A DNA stretch of 64,000 bases from Candidatus Latescibacterota bacterium (lineage in GTDB: Bacteria > Latescibacterota > UBA2968 > UBA8231), in NCBI GenBank assembly GCA_965223905.1, contig CBDCXV010000010.1:1952001-2016000 (forward strand), given 5' to 3'. The notes under the pieces were generated by a model. The model saw only the letters and a program-made list of their open reading frames with translations. It was not told where the DNA came from and made no database searches. Positions 52,980 to 63,261 of the stretch are shown here, piece by piece (position 1 is the first letter of the stretch; each line of letters starts with the position of its first letter). The position numbers and the translations under genes are program-made.

Positions 52980-54911
52980 CTACATGTTACTGAGAATCCG
53001 CCCCCGCTCGCCAATCAGCGAGAAGATAACCCCCCATACCCCGTTCACGGTGACCTCCCCGAGGATGAGGCCGAGAAAAAAGGGCTTGAGGTTCTGATAG
53101 AGTCGGGCGCCGCCGTAGTGCATGATGGTAAGCTTGATGCCCCAGGCCACGAGGGAGGTGAACCAGATGTAGCCGGTGAGCCAGCCGACGCTGAGGGCGA
53201 ATCCGAGGGGGTGGAAGGGCCACCAGGACCAGCGATACTGGGCCCACGAGAGAAATCCCGACCCGAGGCCGCCGATCGTCTTGAAGAGCCAGCCGCGCAT
53301 GTTCGCCTCAGGCGTCCCGACGATCTCTCTGGCGATGCGCGGCCATCCGTGAGCGCCGGTCCAGCTGATGCCTTCTAGATTGATGGCGCCATAGGCGTAG
53401 CATAAGTAGATGGTCATGAACGCGGCGCCGATGAAGCTGAGGGAAAGGGCGATCATCATGCCCCAGAAGAGACGCGTCTTCGAGCCCCTTATGGACTCGG
53501 CGAGCTTGATCCCATGAGCGCAGGCGACCATGGGTGAGGTCCGCGACTCTCCCTGCCACACGAAGGTGAAGTCGAGGGCCACCAGGCCTTTCGCGCCCAG
53601 TGCCGAGGTGCCGAACCCGGAAATGACGAAGTAAGCGGGCACGTGCGGGCTTCTCGCCGTAGCGACCCCCGCCGTGGTCACCGCGCGCGCCACCCAGATG
53701 AAGAAGATGAGGCTGACGATGACGAGAATCGGCACGAAAACGGCAGGCACCCCCGAGCGCCACAACCAGAAGGAGATGAACAGGAGGCTGGCGATGAAAC
53801 CGATGACGGCTGTGCGGTAGCGCAGTAGCTCCTCGCTGTCGTCGACGCCGGAGTCGGGATTCCAGACCTTGTGCAGCACATCCACCAAGTGTTGGCGGGC
53901 GCTCCAGAGGCCGAAGAGGATGAAAACGATGACGGCGCCGGTGGCCTGGTGGGTCAAGTCCGCAGACTGGTGGTCATCGTAGCCGCTCTGTAACTCCGTG
54001 CTCCTGATGCCGAAGAAAGTGAACAGACCGTCTTCGAACTTGCAGAACAGGTAGAAGAACCAGATGCTGAAACTGATCTCCAGATTGACGAGGTAGAAGA
54101 AACCGATCCAGGCGAAACTGAAGGCCATGGGCAGGTGGACCATGTTGCCCCACAACCTGATCGGCTGCAGCCAGAATGGGAACTCGGGCACGGAGGGATA
54201 GAACTCGTGCAGTCCCGTACTGCTGAAGTAAATGAAGGGGATCGCGAAGCCGATCCACATGATTTTGCTGCGGAAAAGGGGCGCGACAGCGCTCAGGACA
54301 CCCTCGCCCTTCTCGATCATGCTGTTCGGCAGCTGCATCATGGGATAGGTGAGGCGTTCGTGCACCGACCACTGGCGGTGCAGGATGGAACTGACGCAGC
54401 AGAGCATGAAGCCCATGGCAATGATGAGGGAGAACCAGTAGGCCAGTGGTTCGATCCACGCTGACCAGGCGATGGAGGCACCTCTTGGGAGGCCCTCGTA
54501 GAAGTGCATGATCGACTGCATGTCCTGCGGCACCATCCACGTGGGAATGTGATCGTGGAGGAGCTCGGCGTAGCGGTTCTCGGGGGTGGCGTAGTAGTAG
54601 GGATACACCATGGTGCCGAGGAGGAAGAACATGAGCCCCCAGGTCGGCGTGGTGACCGCCATCAGGAGCATGCAATAGACGAGGACGAGATCAGCCCGCG
54701 AGAGCGTGAAGTGACCCCGCACGAGGCTGCAGAGAACGTTGACGACGAGGAGAAGGACGAGGAAAAGGAAGATGGCGCCCGGCGACGAGGGGTTGAACCC
54801 GATGTGGAAATACGTGAAGGCGAGCCCATATGGAGCCACCAGCCCGACGGCGAGGCTCATGGCCGCTCCGATGAGGAGTCCCTTCAAGGAAAAAGGTGAA
54901 GGGGGGTTCAT
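52980..54911 (-). CDS. DUF6785/DUF6784 polytopic membrane protein (OPT-like putative transporter)
   Basis: Paralog of 15343-17328: YYATPEN, FYEGLP, QWSVHERLTYP, WWPFHPLGF, YGG..LKPFFLGLILGE. Confidence 0.8.
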   Translation of the reverse strand: MNPPSPFSLKGLLIGAAMSLAVGLVAPYGLAFTYFHIGFNPSSPGAIFLFLVLLLVVNVLCSLVRGHFTLSRADLVLVYCMLLMAVTTPTWGLMFFLLGTMVYPYYYATPENRYAELLHDHIPTWMVPQDMQSIMHFYEGLPRGASIAWSAWIEPLAYWFSLIIAMGFMLCCVSSILHRQWSVHERLTYPMMQLPNSMIEKGEGVLSAVAPLFRSKIMWIGFAIPFIYFSSTGLHEFYPSVPEFPFWLQPIRLWGNMVHLPMAFSFAWIGFFYLVNLEISFSIWFFYLFCKFEDGLFTFFGIRSTELQSGYDDHQSADLTHQATGAVIVFILFGLWSARQHLVDVLHKVWNPDSGVDDSEELLRYRTAVIGFIASLLFISFWLWRSGVPAVFVPILVIVSLIFFIWVARAVTTAGVATARSPHVPAYFVISGFGTSALGAKGLVALDFTFVWQGESRTSPMVACAHGIKLAESIRGSKTRLFWGMMIALSLSFIGAAFMTIYLCYAYGAINLEGISWTGAHGWPRIAREIVGTPEANMRGWLFKTIGGLGSGFLSWAQYRWSWWPFHPLGFALSVGWLTGYIWFTSLVAWGIKLTIMHYGGARLYQNLKPFFLGLILGEVTVNGVWGVIFSLIGERGRILSNM

Positions 54912-54932
54912 GAAACGCTCATGGGATTACCT

Positions 54933-55770
54933 TCACGCGGCGGCCTCTTGCAGCAGCGCCATCAAGTTGCCTCCCGCGATGCGGTCGCGGTCGTCGTCGC
55001 GCAGGAAGGGCATCTTCCACAACAGCTCCAGGGTCTGCGGGTAGGTTTGAAAGTTGAGGCAGGGGGCGTAGTCCGACGCGAACAGCAGGCGCTCGACGCC
55101 AAGCGCCTCGATCAGCGCTTCGACGTATGGCCATGCCAGCTCGTGAGGGTAGTCGTGACCGGGTTCGGTCAAGGCGTAGAAGCCGCTCAGCTTCACGCGT
55201 GCCTGAGGATAACGGGCGAGCGCGAGCACGTGGCTCAGCCTGTTGCGAGCCTCGGCCCCGTCGAATCGGCTCGGTGACGCGATCGGGCAGCCCAAGATGG
55301 GACATGATCAGCCGCAGCTGCTCGTGGCGCTCGAGGACCTCCTGCCACACCGGCCAGGCCTCTATTTTCGCGTTGACACTGAGCACCCAGCGGTTGTCGG
55401 TCAGCCATTCCTAGATGGAGTCCGGGCAGGCGCGCACCGCGTCATCACTCCTCGGGTACATCACCAGACCCACTACTCCCTGGTCGCGCCACGTTTCCAG
55501 CGTATCGGGGTTTGGAGGATTGTCGGGCTTTATGTAGATGGCGGGACGGACCCAGTCGTACTTCGATTGCAGACCAATGACGTATTCGTTGTTGCCGTCG
55601 TTGCCCTCGCAGTCTGTGTAGCAGACGATGAGGGCTGCGGCCACGTCGTTATCCCTGGCCAGAGAGTCGAAGCAGGCAGCTTCGTCTATGTGCACACCCG
55701 GCCGGGCGCTGAACGTCCCTCCCAGGGGGTGCTCGAAAAGGTGGATGTGAGCATCGGCTCGTTGCGCCAT
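54933..55770 (-). pseudogene. Amidohydrolase_2 family protein with an in-frame TAG (55411-55413) and a frameshift (~55260)
   Basis: DAHIHLF, SHLGLP, VKLSGFY, RLLFASDY, IAGGN motifs. Confidence 0.75.
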
Positions 55771-55905
55771 GAGTGGTCTCCGTCTGGCGAATTGATCGTT
55801 GGAGGCGGCTCGGTACTAAGCGGCGGTGGAAACGCCCGTTGAAGCACGGTAATATAGAACGCAGCCGAGGCGGCCACATCCCGCAACACCCTCAAGGAGC
55901 GGAGC

Positions 55906-56241
55906 ATGTACTCGACCGGACAGACGTACCAGCTCAAGCCGGGGTTCTACGATCAGTACAAGAAAGCCCACGACGAGCTGTGGCCTGAGCTGGCGCAGGC
56001 GATGACGGCCGAGGAGGTGAACATGGTGATCTTCCGCTACGGCGATCGCCTGTTCCTCTACGCCACGGCTCCTTGCAAGGAGCATCTCGAGCGCAGTCAC
56101 GCCGGTCAGAGAGCGCAGGAGTGGCTGGAGTACATGACGACGATGATGATCACCGGTGACGATGGCAAGACGATCGTCGAAGAGATGGACATGGCATTCT
56201 CGTTCGGCGCTTTCAAGGCAGACGATTGGAGGGACACGTGA
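55906..56241 (+). CDS. rhaM: L-rhamnose mutarotase family protein
   Basis: LKPG..DQYKKAHDELWPEL...IF...LF.Y motif; RBS AAGGAG. Confidence 0.7.
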   Translation: MYSTGQTYQLKPGFYDQYKKAHDELWPELAQAMTAEEVNMVIFRYGDRLFLYATAPCKEHLERSHAGQRAQEWLEYMTTMMITGDDGKTIVEEMDMAFSFGAFKADDWRDT

Positions 56242-57305
56242 TCAGATTTTGCATCGCTCTGACGGTCGCGCTGCTCAGCCTGGCACCTTGCCGGGCCCTG
56301 CAGCGCACTGACACGGAATTCAAGATCTTCCAGTTTCCCGCCAACATGATTCCACGCATCGACGGTCAGACCGGGGACTGGGCGATGGTACCCGAAAGCT
56401 ACGCCTACGGCACCGAGCAGCTTTCCGACACGGTGATGGGCAATCTCACTAACTACGACCGCGACGACCTGGACGTGAACGTGCGCGTCGGGTGGGTAAA
56501 GGGTCTGAACCGGCTCTACTTCCTCTACGAGGCGTACGACGACTACTGGAATATGTACTACAAACGCGGGGATCTCTTCGAAGTCGGGATCGACGGCGAT
56601 CTCTCGGGGGGTCCCTACATATACAACCCCCAGCTCGAAGGTGAGTGGGAAAGCCACTTTGCCTTCAAGGGCGTGCACGCGCAGAACTACCACATCTTCA
56701 CTCCGCCTGGAGAGGGCCGAGACTGGGTCTTCGTCTGGGGCTGCCAACCGTGGATCGGCAACCTGCCGTACGCCAACCACGCCTACTCCTACGATTTCAA
56801 AGAAGGCGAGAGCGGCCGGCTGGTGCTCGAGTTCTGGATCACGCCTTTTGACTACGCCCCCTACGACGGACCCGAGCGCGCGGTGGTGTCGCGGCTCGTG
56901 GAGAACGCCCGCATCGGCCTGTCGTGGTCCGTGCTCGACTACGACGAGGATCACAAGACGTACGAGGGATTCTGGAACTTGTCACACGAGACGCGTATGG
57001 ATTCAAACGCGTCGAATTTTTGCGCCTTCCGACTGATGCCGTTGGAGAGCCGCTTTCGCAAGGCGCTCGAAGCGCAGTGGGAATTCCAGGTCGTGGACAT
57101 GGAGCGCAGATTGGTGGCCTTCAAAGACCGCTCCCACGGCGACATCACCTCCTGGTCGTGGGATTTCGACGACGGCACGACTTCGAGTGAACAACATCCT
57201 GTCCACCAGTACGAAGAAGCCGGGGAATACGACGTCGTACTCACCGTCCAGGGTCCGCAGGGCAGCGCGCGGCGCGTCAAAGTGAACCAGGTGGTCGTTC
57301 GATGA
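56238..57305 (+). CDS. Secreted CBM9-like + PKD domain protein
   Basis: Signal peptide; PRIDG..DW, EVGIDGDLSGG, EFWITPFD; PKD motif SWSWDFDDG..S.EQHPVH.Y...G.Y.V.LTV. Confidence 0.75.
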   Translation: MIRFCIALTVALLSLAPCRALQRTDTEFKIFQFPANMIPRIDGQTGDWAMVPESYAYGTEQLSDTVMGNLTNYDRDDLDVNVRVGWVKGLNRLYFLYEAYDDYWNMYYKRGDLFEVGIDGDLSGGPYIYNPQLEGEWESHFAFKGVHAQNYHIFTPPGEGRDWVFVWGCQPWIGNLPYANHAYSYDFKEGESGRLVLEFWITPFDYAPYDGPERAVVSRLVENARIGLSWSVLDYDEDHKTYEGFWNLSHETRMDSNASNFCAFRLMPLESRFRKALEAQWEFQVVDMERRLVAFKDRSHGDITSWSWDFDDGTTSSEQHPVHQYEEAGEYDVVLTVQGPQGSARRVKVNQVVVR

Positions 57306-58705
57306 GAGACTGTGTCCCGTGCGTGGAGGAACCCGTTTTGCAGGAAGGCGAGACCCGACTCTTCGTCGACGACCGCAACATCGCCCGCAGGAAGGGCGTC
57401 GTCCGCAGGACCCACCCCTGCCGCAAACTGCCCGAACCGGTGCTGACCGCCGAGGAGCCCTGGGAAGTCTTCGGGGACGACCGCCGGGTCTACGTCTACG
57501 GCACCGTCCTCCGGGAACCGGCGGACGGCACGCTCCGCATGTGGTACATGCGCTACCCCGACCGCATCCTTCACGCCATCTCCGACGACGGCATCCGCTG
57601 GAGCCGCCCCGACCTGGGCCTCGTCCCGCTCCCCGATTCGCCGGCCACCAACATCCTCCCCATCTCCCTCCACAGTCCGAGCCTCGTCCACGACAGCTCC
57701 GGGAGCTACCAGATGCTCGGTAGCGGCACCGTCGACGGACAGGGTGGCTACTATGCCGCCCGATCTCCCGACGGCCTGACATGGCAGCTCTACGACCGCA
57801 ACCCCGTCCTGACCGGCGGCGACACCTGCACCCTCGCCCACGACCCGCACTCGGGGGAGTACCTCGCCTTCCACAAGCGGAAACAGGAGCATCGGGGACA
57901 CCGGCGCCGCGTCGTCTACCTGTCCGTGAGCCGCGACATGCAGCGCTGGAGCGACCCCGAGCTCATCATGGCTCCCGATGAAACCGACGACCGCCTGACC
58001 CGCTCCGAGGGTGGCATCTGCTCGGAGTTCTACAACATGTCCGCCTTTCTCCGCGGCGACCAATGGCTGGGTCTGGTGACCCATTTCCGCTACGCCGGCC
58101 CCCCGGCGAAAAAAGGACCGGAACAGAGTAGCTACGACGGTCATATCGACGTTCAGCTCGTCCATAGCCCCGGCGGCCGCACCTGGCATCGCTGCGACGA
58201 CCGCTCACCGGTGATCCCCAACGGCCCGTACCCCTACGACGCCGGCTGCGTCCTGGGTGTCGCCAATGGCCCGGTCTTCGCCGGCGACGAGATGTGGCTC
58301 TACTACACCGGCATCACCACCACGCACGGCGGCCCACTGCCCGATAAACAGATCTCCATCGCCCGCGCCGCCTGGCGCCTGGACGGCCTCGTCTCTCTGA
58401 GGGCCGGCTCCGGTGGAGCAACTGTGGAGACCATCCCCTTTCACCCTTCGGGCGACGGGCTCTTCGTCAACGTCGACGCCGGCCAGGGGGAGCTGAGAGT
58501 CGAAGTGCTCGACGCCACCGGCGCCGCCGTCCCCGGCTGCACCGCCGACGAGTGCGAGCCAATTTGCGAAGACGCCGTTCGCCTACAACCGAGGTGGAGA
58601 GATCGCGCCAACCTACCCGCCGACCGGCCGCTGCGGCTCCGCTTCCACCTGCAAAACGCCCATCTCTTCAGCTACGCCACCGCTCCTAGTCCCAAGGAAA
58701 GTTGA
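57302..58705 (+). CDS. GH32/GH-J-like beta-propeller glycosidase-like protein
   Basis: LFVDD, SDDGIRW.RP.LG, SPDGLTW, FYNMS, RLDGLVSL..VNVDA..LRVE motifs; strongly C-ending codons. Confidence 0.75.
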   Translation: MRDCVPCVEEPVLQEGETRLFVDDRNIARRKGVVRRTHPCRKLPEPVLTAEEPWEVFGDDRRVYVYGTVLREPADGTLRMWYMRYPDRILHAISDDGIRWSRPDLGLVPLPDSPATNILPISLHSPSLVHDSSGSYQMLGSGTVDGQGGYYAARSPDGLTWQLYDRNPVLTGGDTCTLAHDPHSGEYLAFHKRKQEHRGHRRRVVYLSVSRDMQRWSDPELIMAPDETDDRLTRSEGGICSEFYNMSAFLRGDQWLGLVTHFRYAGPPAKKGPEQSSYDGHIDVQLVHSPGGRTWHRCDDRSPVIPNGPYPYDAGCVLGVANGPVFAGDEMWLYYTGITTTHGGPLPDKQISIARAAWRLDGLVSLRAGSGGATVETIPFHPSGDGLFVNVDAGQGELRVEVLDATGAAVPGCTADECEPICEDAVRLQPRWRDRANLPADRPLRLRFHLQNAHLFSYATAPSPKES

Positions 58706-60431
58706 ATGCCGGTTCGTTCGCGTACCGCTTCATGTCGATCCTGACCTCCTGGCCGGATCCCGGCGCCAGACGAACCGCGAAGTGAGGTCCGTCGATTTGG
58801 AGCGTTGTGCCGCCGACGTCAGCCGAGGAGAGTTGGTGTTCGCCGTATGCCCCGCCCTGTACGACGACGTCGCGTTCGAAGACCGGGCTGAGGTTGACGA
58901 GCGTCACTGCGACCGAGTCCGCCGTCATTTCGGTAACCAGCGCAGCCACGTCTTGCGGCACGCCCGCTCTGCGCTTTTCCGGGTCGAAGTAGCGCAATCG
59001 GCAGTGCAGGGGATACCCGACGCGTCCCGTGGGAATTCCCCCGAGCATCAGCTGGATCAGGGCATCCGTCGTAGCGGGGTTTATCTCGTTCATGTCGTCT
59101 GACATGCGCGTGTCCGGCGTGGACATGTCCTCACTCATTCGCCTCACTTTGTCCCCAAGCCTCGCGACGTCTCGTTCGAGGGCCGACACGGGGTAGCCGG
59201 GATTGTCGCCCCCCAGATACGCGAGCCAGGGGCTGTCCGGGACCCTCTCGCGGTCCTCAGGATCCATCGTCCAGCAGTAGATTTCCAGTGCACCGGGGAG
59301 GAATCTGTCGGGCTGGTAGTTGTACCAACCGTCGTTGCCATACGAGTGCGGGTACATCGTGCGACCGTCGATCTTTTTGTTGTTTTCGTTGACCAGGTCG
59401 ATCATCCTGCGCCAGAGATCGATGTAGCGCCGGTCCCCGGTCATGAGCAGGGCGTTCGCGAAGGCGTAGCAGCACCTGTTCACAAAGGCTGAGCGATGGG
59501 CGATCTCTCCGGTGACCGGATTCGTGACTGAGAACCCCCATCCGTAGACGCCGCCGTACCACTTGCCGTCGCACTCTCCGCCGATCGTGCCGTCCAGCCC
59601 GACATTGCTCGGGATGATTCCTCCGTTGGCCTCCGTGCGTTCGACCCACGCATCGATATACTCGAGCATCCACTCTTTGTACTTCGGCTCCCGCGTCAGC
59701 ATGTACGCATTGAGCGCCAGGGTCGTCGATGCCAGATTCAAGGGGTGGTCGCCGACGATGTCGTTGTATTCCTCGAAGTGCTGGAGCATCTGCTCGAAGG
59801 TATTCTCGCCGTGGCCCGGTTTGAAACGGCCTTCGATCTCGATCGGGTCGCCCGCCCAGTCCAGCGCCGTCGCCTTTCGGAGCAGCGGGCCCCGGCTACC
59901 GTTGAACATGCTGCGGATGATTCTGTTCTCGGGGTCATAATTCTGCGCGTGGGGGTCTTCATCCATGTAGAAGGCTGCATAGCGTCGCGTCCTCTGCTCG
60001 TAGGTCCGGTCGTGGGGATCGGAGAGGCCCTGAAGAAAGAAGGCGGACAACCATTCCCCGTGGTGGAACCAGTCGAACATCACGGGGAATTCCTTGTAGT
60101 ACATGCCGTCCCTCCCCATTGGCACTTCTACCGTCTTCGCCTCGGTGTATTGAACGAGGTGTCCTTCCCAGCCTTTCTTGTAGAGGTCCAGAACGATGTC
60201 TGGCGCACCGAGCGCATGAAGGACAGTCCAGTTCAGGAGGTTCTCGGCCGCGTCGTCCGGACCGTCGTTGCCTCCCCACCGAGGGACGCACAAGAGGTAT
60301 CCACGGTCATCGAAGTACTTGTCGTAAAAAGCCTCGATGGCGACGGACTGAGAGCGAATGAGCTCCCGCTGAAGGAGAGCCCAGTGAGGCGGGGACATGA
60401 GGGATGTTACGGTGAGGGTCTCATTTTTCAC
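58686..60431 (-). CDS. Conserved hypothetical protein, possibly an alpha/alpha-barrel carbohydrate-active enzyme
   Basis: 581-aa ORF with RBS GGGAGA; RWGG.DGPDDA.EN, DWFHHGE, RLRYFDP...G.P.DVAALV; function not recognised. Confidence 0.6.
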   Translation of the reverse strand: MKNETLTVTSLMSPPHWALLQRELIRSQSVAIEAFYDKYFDDRGYLLCVPRWGGNDGPDDAAENLLNWTVLHALGAPDIVLDLYKKGWEGHLVQYTEAKTVEVPMGRDGMYYKEFPVMFDWFHHGEWLSAFFLQGLSDPHDRTYEQRTRRYAAFYMDEDPHAQNYDPENRIIRSMFNGSRGPLLRKATALDWAGDPIEIEGRFKPGHGENTFEQMLQHFEEYNDIVGDHPLNLASTTLALNAYMLTREPKYKEWMLEYIDAWVERTEANGGIIPSNVGLDGTIGGECDGKWYGGVYGWGFSVTNPVTGEIAHRSAFVNRCCYAFANALLMTGDRRYIDLWRRMIDLVNENNKKIDGRTMYPHSYGNDGWYNYQPDRFLPGALEIYCWTMDPEDRERVPDSPWLAYLGGDNPGYPVSALERDVARLGDKVRRMSEDMSTPDTRMSDDMNEINPATTDALIQLMLGGIPTGRVGYPLHCRLRYFDPEKRRAGVPQDVAALVTEMTADSVAVTLVNLSPVFERDVVVQGGAYGEHQLSSADVGGTTLQIDGPHFAVRLAPGSGQEVRIDMKRYANEPAFNFPWD

Positions 60432-60562
60432 GGCTGCTCTTCTCCCTTGTTGCGCTGGTTTGATCTGCGAGGCATCCAGTCGAAATTCGCCTCCTGGTCG
60501 AGCTACCCGGCAGAGTTTAGATTGGGAAACTAAGAAATATCATCAAATAGCGAGGACAAGCG

Positions 60563-63199
60563 ATGAAATGGATGTGGGCGGCAGCGTTGTTGTCGGCAGG
60601 ACTTGCATGGGCGCAGGGCACGGCGCTTTCACCAACTGCACACCGGACAGTTCCGACGGAGCGTCCGAGCGAAAACATCGCCCTCGGGGCGAGCTACACG
60701 ATGGAGCCCAGGCCGAATTACGGGCATTGCTCGGACCCCGGTGATTCCGAGCAACTGACAGATGGCGTCTACACGGAGGGCTATTTCTGGGTGCAGAAGT
60801 CGACGGTGGGCTACGCGGAAAAGACGCCGTCGATGGTGACGATTGACTTGGGCGAGGTGAAGCCGATACGGGGGGTGTCCTACCACACCGCTGGGGGGTT
60901 TGCCAGCGTGCACTGGCCGCTGACGATCCGCATCCTCGTCGCGGGCGAAGATAAAGAGTTCCACGAGATCGGCGACCTCGTCCAGTTGAGTGAGGCACAA
61001 CACGGGCCGCTCGCGCCGATGAGGGCGACCGATGCCATGTGGGCCCTCGACGGGATGGGTTTCAGCCAGGCCGAAATACACCATCACTACCACCACGAGC
61101 GGGATCGCTATCCAGAGAAGATGACCCCCGAACTGCGTGAGCAGATCCGCCTTGATCTCCACGAATACCGTGCCGAGCACTATGGGACGTATCGCTACTG
61201 GACCGACCGCCTGCGGACGCACGGGCGCTATGTCAGCCTGGTCGTGTGGAACGAGCCGTACACCTTCGTGGACGAGATCGAGGTCTACGCTGGAGAGCCG
61301 GAGTGGGTGAATGAGCCGTTGCCAGGACCGTCCGTCGGAGACGTGGCCACCTTTGCGCGCGGGCTTGCCAACCAGAAAGGGATTCGGACGCGCCTGACGG
61401 GGGACATCGAGGCCTTGAGAGCGGCGGCGGACGACGGCGTGCCGGCACAGACACGAACTGACGTACTGGACGAGCTGGCGGCCGTCGAAGCGAACTTGGG
61501 ACAGGCCAGCATGGCGTTCGGGGATGACTTCGAGGCCGTGCTGCCGCTGAATTCGTGGCACGAACGGGTGCTGCGAACGCAGGCGTGGCTGTGGCGCGGC
61601 AGGGGTCTGGAGCCACTCACGTTCTGGCACTCGGATCTGTGGGACCCGGTTCCCCTCATCGGCACACCGGACACGGAGGCGGAGCTGGCCGTCGACGTGC
61701 ATCTGATGCGTGGGGAACACCGCGCGGGGGCGTTCAATGTGAGCAACAGCAGCGACGAGGCGATGCAGGTCGCGTTTCGGTTGAGCGGTCTGCCTGGGGG
61801 CGATAATCCGGAGTACGTGACCGTTCACGAGGTGATCTGGACAGACACGCGCAAAGGCGTACCGGTCGCGGCCGCGCTGCCCGAAGTCGCTGCCGAAAGT
61901 GACATGTTTACGGTGACCGTGCCCGCCGGCATGACGCGGCAAGTGTGGTTGACCTTCCATCCGGTCGACGTGGAGCCAGGCACCTATGAAGGAGAAGTCG
62001 TCGTGGAGTCCGTGCCCGGGGGCAAGCGGTTTCCGTTGCGCATGCACCTGTATCCCCTGGATTTTCCGGAGAAGCAGACGTTGCACTTCGGTGGATGGGA
62101 CTACACGGACCGGATCAGTCCTTCCCGTCTCATAACAGAGCAGAACCGGTTGGAGTTCATCGAGCACCTGCGCGAACACCGCGTCGACTCACCGTGGGCC
62201 GTCAAGCTGGCGCTGCCGCGCGGCACGCACGATGCGAACGGGGCGATGACGGCGCCACCATCCACCGGCTACTTCGATGCCTGGATCGAATTGTGGCCGG
62301 ACGCCGCCCAGTACATGGTGTTCGCGAAGGTGGGCGTCAATTTCGAGTCGTTGCCCATGGGCACGCCGGAGTTCAATACCGCGGTGAAAGCGTGGGTGAC
62401 CTTCTGGGCCGATTACATCAGATCAAAAGGGATATCACCGGAACAGTTCGCGCTGCTGCTGGTGGATGAGCCTGACGAGCCGCATCTGGACGAGCGCATC
62501 CTGATGTGGGCGAGGCCGATCCACGAAGCCGACACAGGAATGCGCATCTGGGAGGATGTAACCCACATGGACATGCTCGAAGCGAATCAGGAGATGATCG
62601 ACGCCTGCCATGTGTTGAGCCCGAACTACGTATCCTTCCTGAGACAGGGCGAGAAGTATCGCAACTACTTCCTGAACAAGCGCGATCAGGGGATCGCCCT
62701 CGAGTTCTACGCAGCGTGGACGGATCGGGTCTTCGATCCGTACTCTGGTCGCCTCATGGCGTGGACGAGTTGGCGCTACGGTGCTGAGGGCATCTACATG
62801 TGGTCGTTCAGTGACACGGGTGGCGCCTCATCGTGGAAAGAGTACCTGGCACTCAAGAGCACCTACGCGCCCCTGTTCATCGACGAGGAATCGATAACGG
62901 CGGGAAAACACCTTGAGGCGGCCCGGGAAGGGATCCAGGATTACGAGTACTTCGTGATGTTGGACCGGGCGATCCAGGAAGCCTCTGCACAGGGGATGAC
63001 AGGTCCGGAATTGGAGCAAGCTCGGCAATTGCTGGAGAGCCTGCCGGCCAGCGTCTGCGAAGCGGCCGGCCACCGGGATGGGCTCGACGACGACAAACCG
63101 TTGGGTGGTATGCACTGGCTGAACGACGTGGACCGGACGCTGGCGGACGAGGCGCGGATTCAGATGCTGGCGGCGTTGACTAAGCTGGCTGAGCGCTGA
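60563..63199 (+). CDS. Paralog of 44775-47504 without the FlgD C-terminal domain and with a His-rich insertion
   Basis: Colinear, highly similar protein sequence; ends at LAALTKLAER* where the paralog continues into TAVMEE...PNPFNP. Confidence 0.8.
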   Translation: MKWMWAAALLSAGLAWAQGTALSPTAHRTVPTERPSENIALGASYTMEPRPNYGHCSDPGDSEQLTDGVYTEGYFWVQKSTVGYAEKTPSMVTIDLGEVKPIRGVSYHTAGGFASVHWPLTIRILVAGEDKEFHEIGDLVQLSEAQHGPLAPMRATDAMWALDGMGFSQAEIHHHYHHERDRYPEKMTPELREQIRLDLHEYRAEHYGTYRYWTDRLRTHGRYVSLVVWNEPYTFVDEIEVYAGEPEWVNEPLPGPSVGDVATFARGLANQKGIRTRLTGDIEALRAAADDGVPAQTRTDVLDELAAVEANLGQASMAFGDDFEAVLPLNSWHERVLRTQAWLWRGRGLEPLTFWHSDLWDPVPLIGTPDTEAELAVDVHLMRGEHRAGAFNVSNSSDEAMQVAFRLSGLPGGDNPEYVTVHEVIWTDTRKGVPVAAALPEVAAESDMFTVTVPAGMTRQVWLTFHPVDVEPGTYEGEVVVESVPGGKRFPLRMHLYPLDFPEKQTLHFGGWDYTDRISPSRLITEQNRLEFIEHLREHRVDSPWAVKLALPRGTHDANGAMTAPPSTGYFDAWIELWPDAAQYMVFAKVGVNFESLPMGTPEFNTAVKAWVTFWADYIRSKGISPEQFALLLVDEPDEPHLDERILMWARPIHEADTGMRIWEDVTHMDMLEANQEMIDACHVLSPNYVSFLRQGEKYRNYFLNKRDQGIALEFYAAWTDRVFDPYSGRLMAWTSWRYGAEGIYMWSFSDTGGASSWKEYLALKSTYAPLFIDEESITAGKHLEAAREGIQDYEYFVMLDRAIQEASAQGMTGPELEQARQLLESLPASVCEAAGHRDGLDDDKPLGGMHWLNDVDRTLADEARIQMLAALTKLAER

Positions 63200-63261
63200 G
63201 ATCAAAACGTACCTCCCGCCGAAGACATGTGGGAGGACTGGTCGGATGAGGTGAGACAAGC

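Noticed and set aside
55411-55413. In-frame TAG in the amidohydrolase as pyrrolysine or stop-codon recoding
   Set aside because: Best explained as a TGG>TAG change; the gene also has a frameshift, TAG is a normal stop in other genes here, and no pyl genes are seen.
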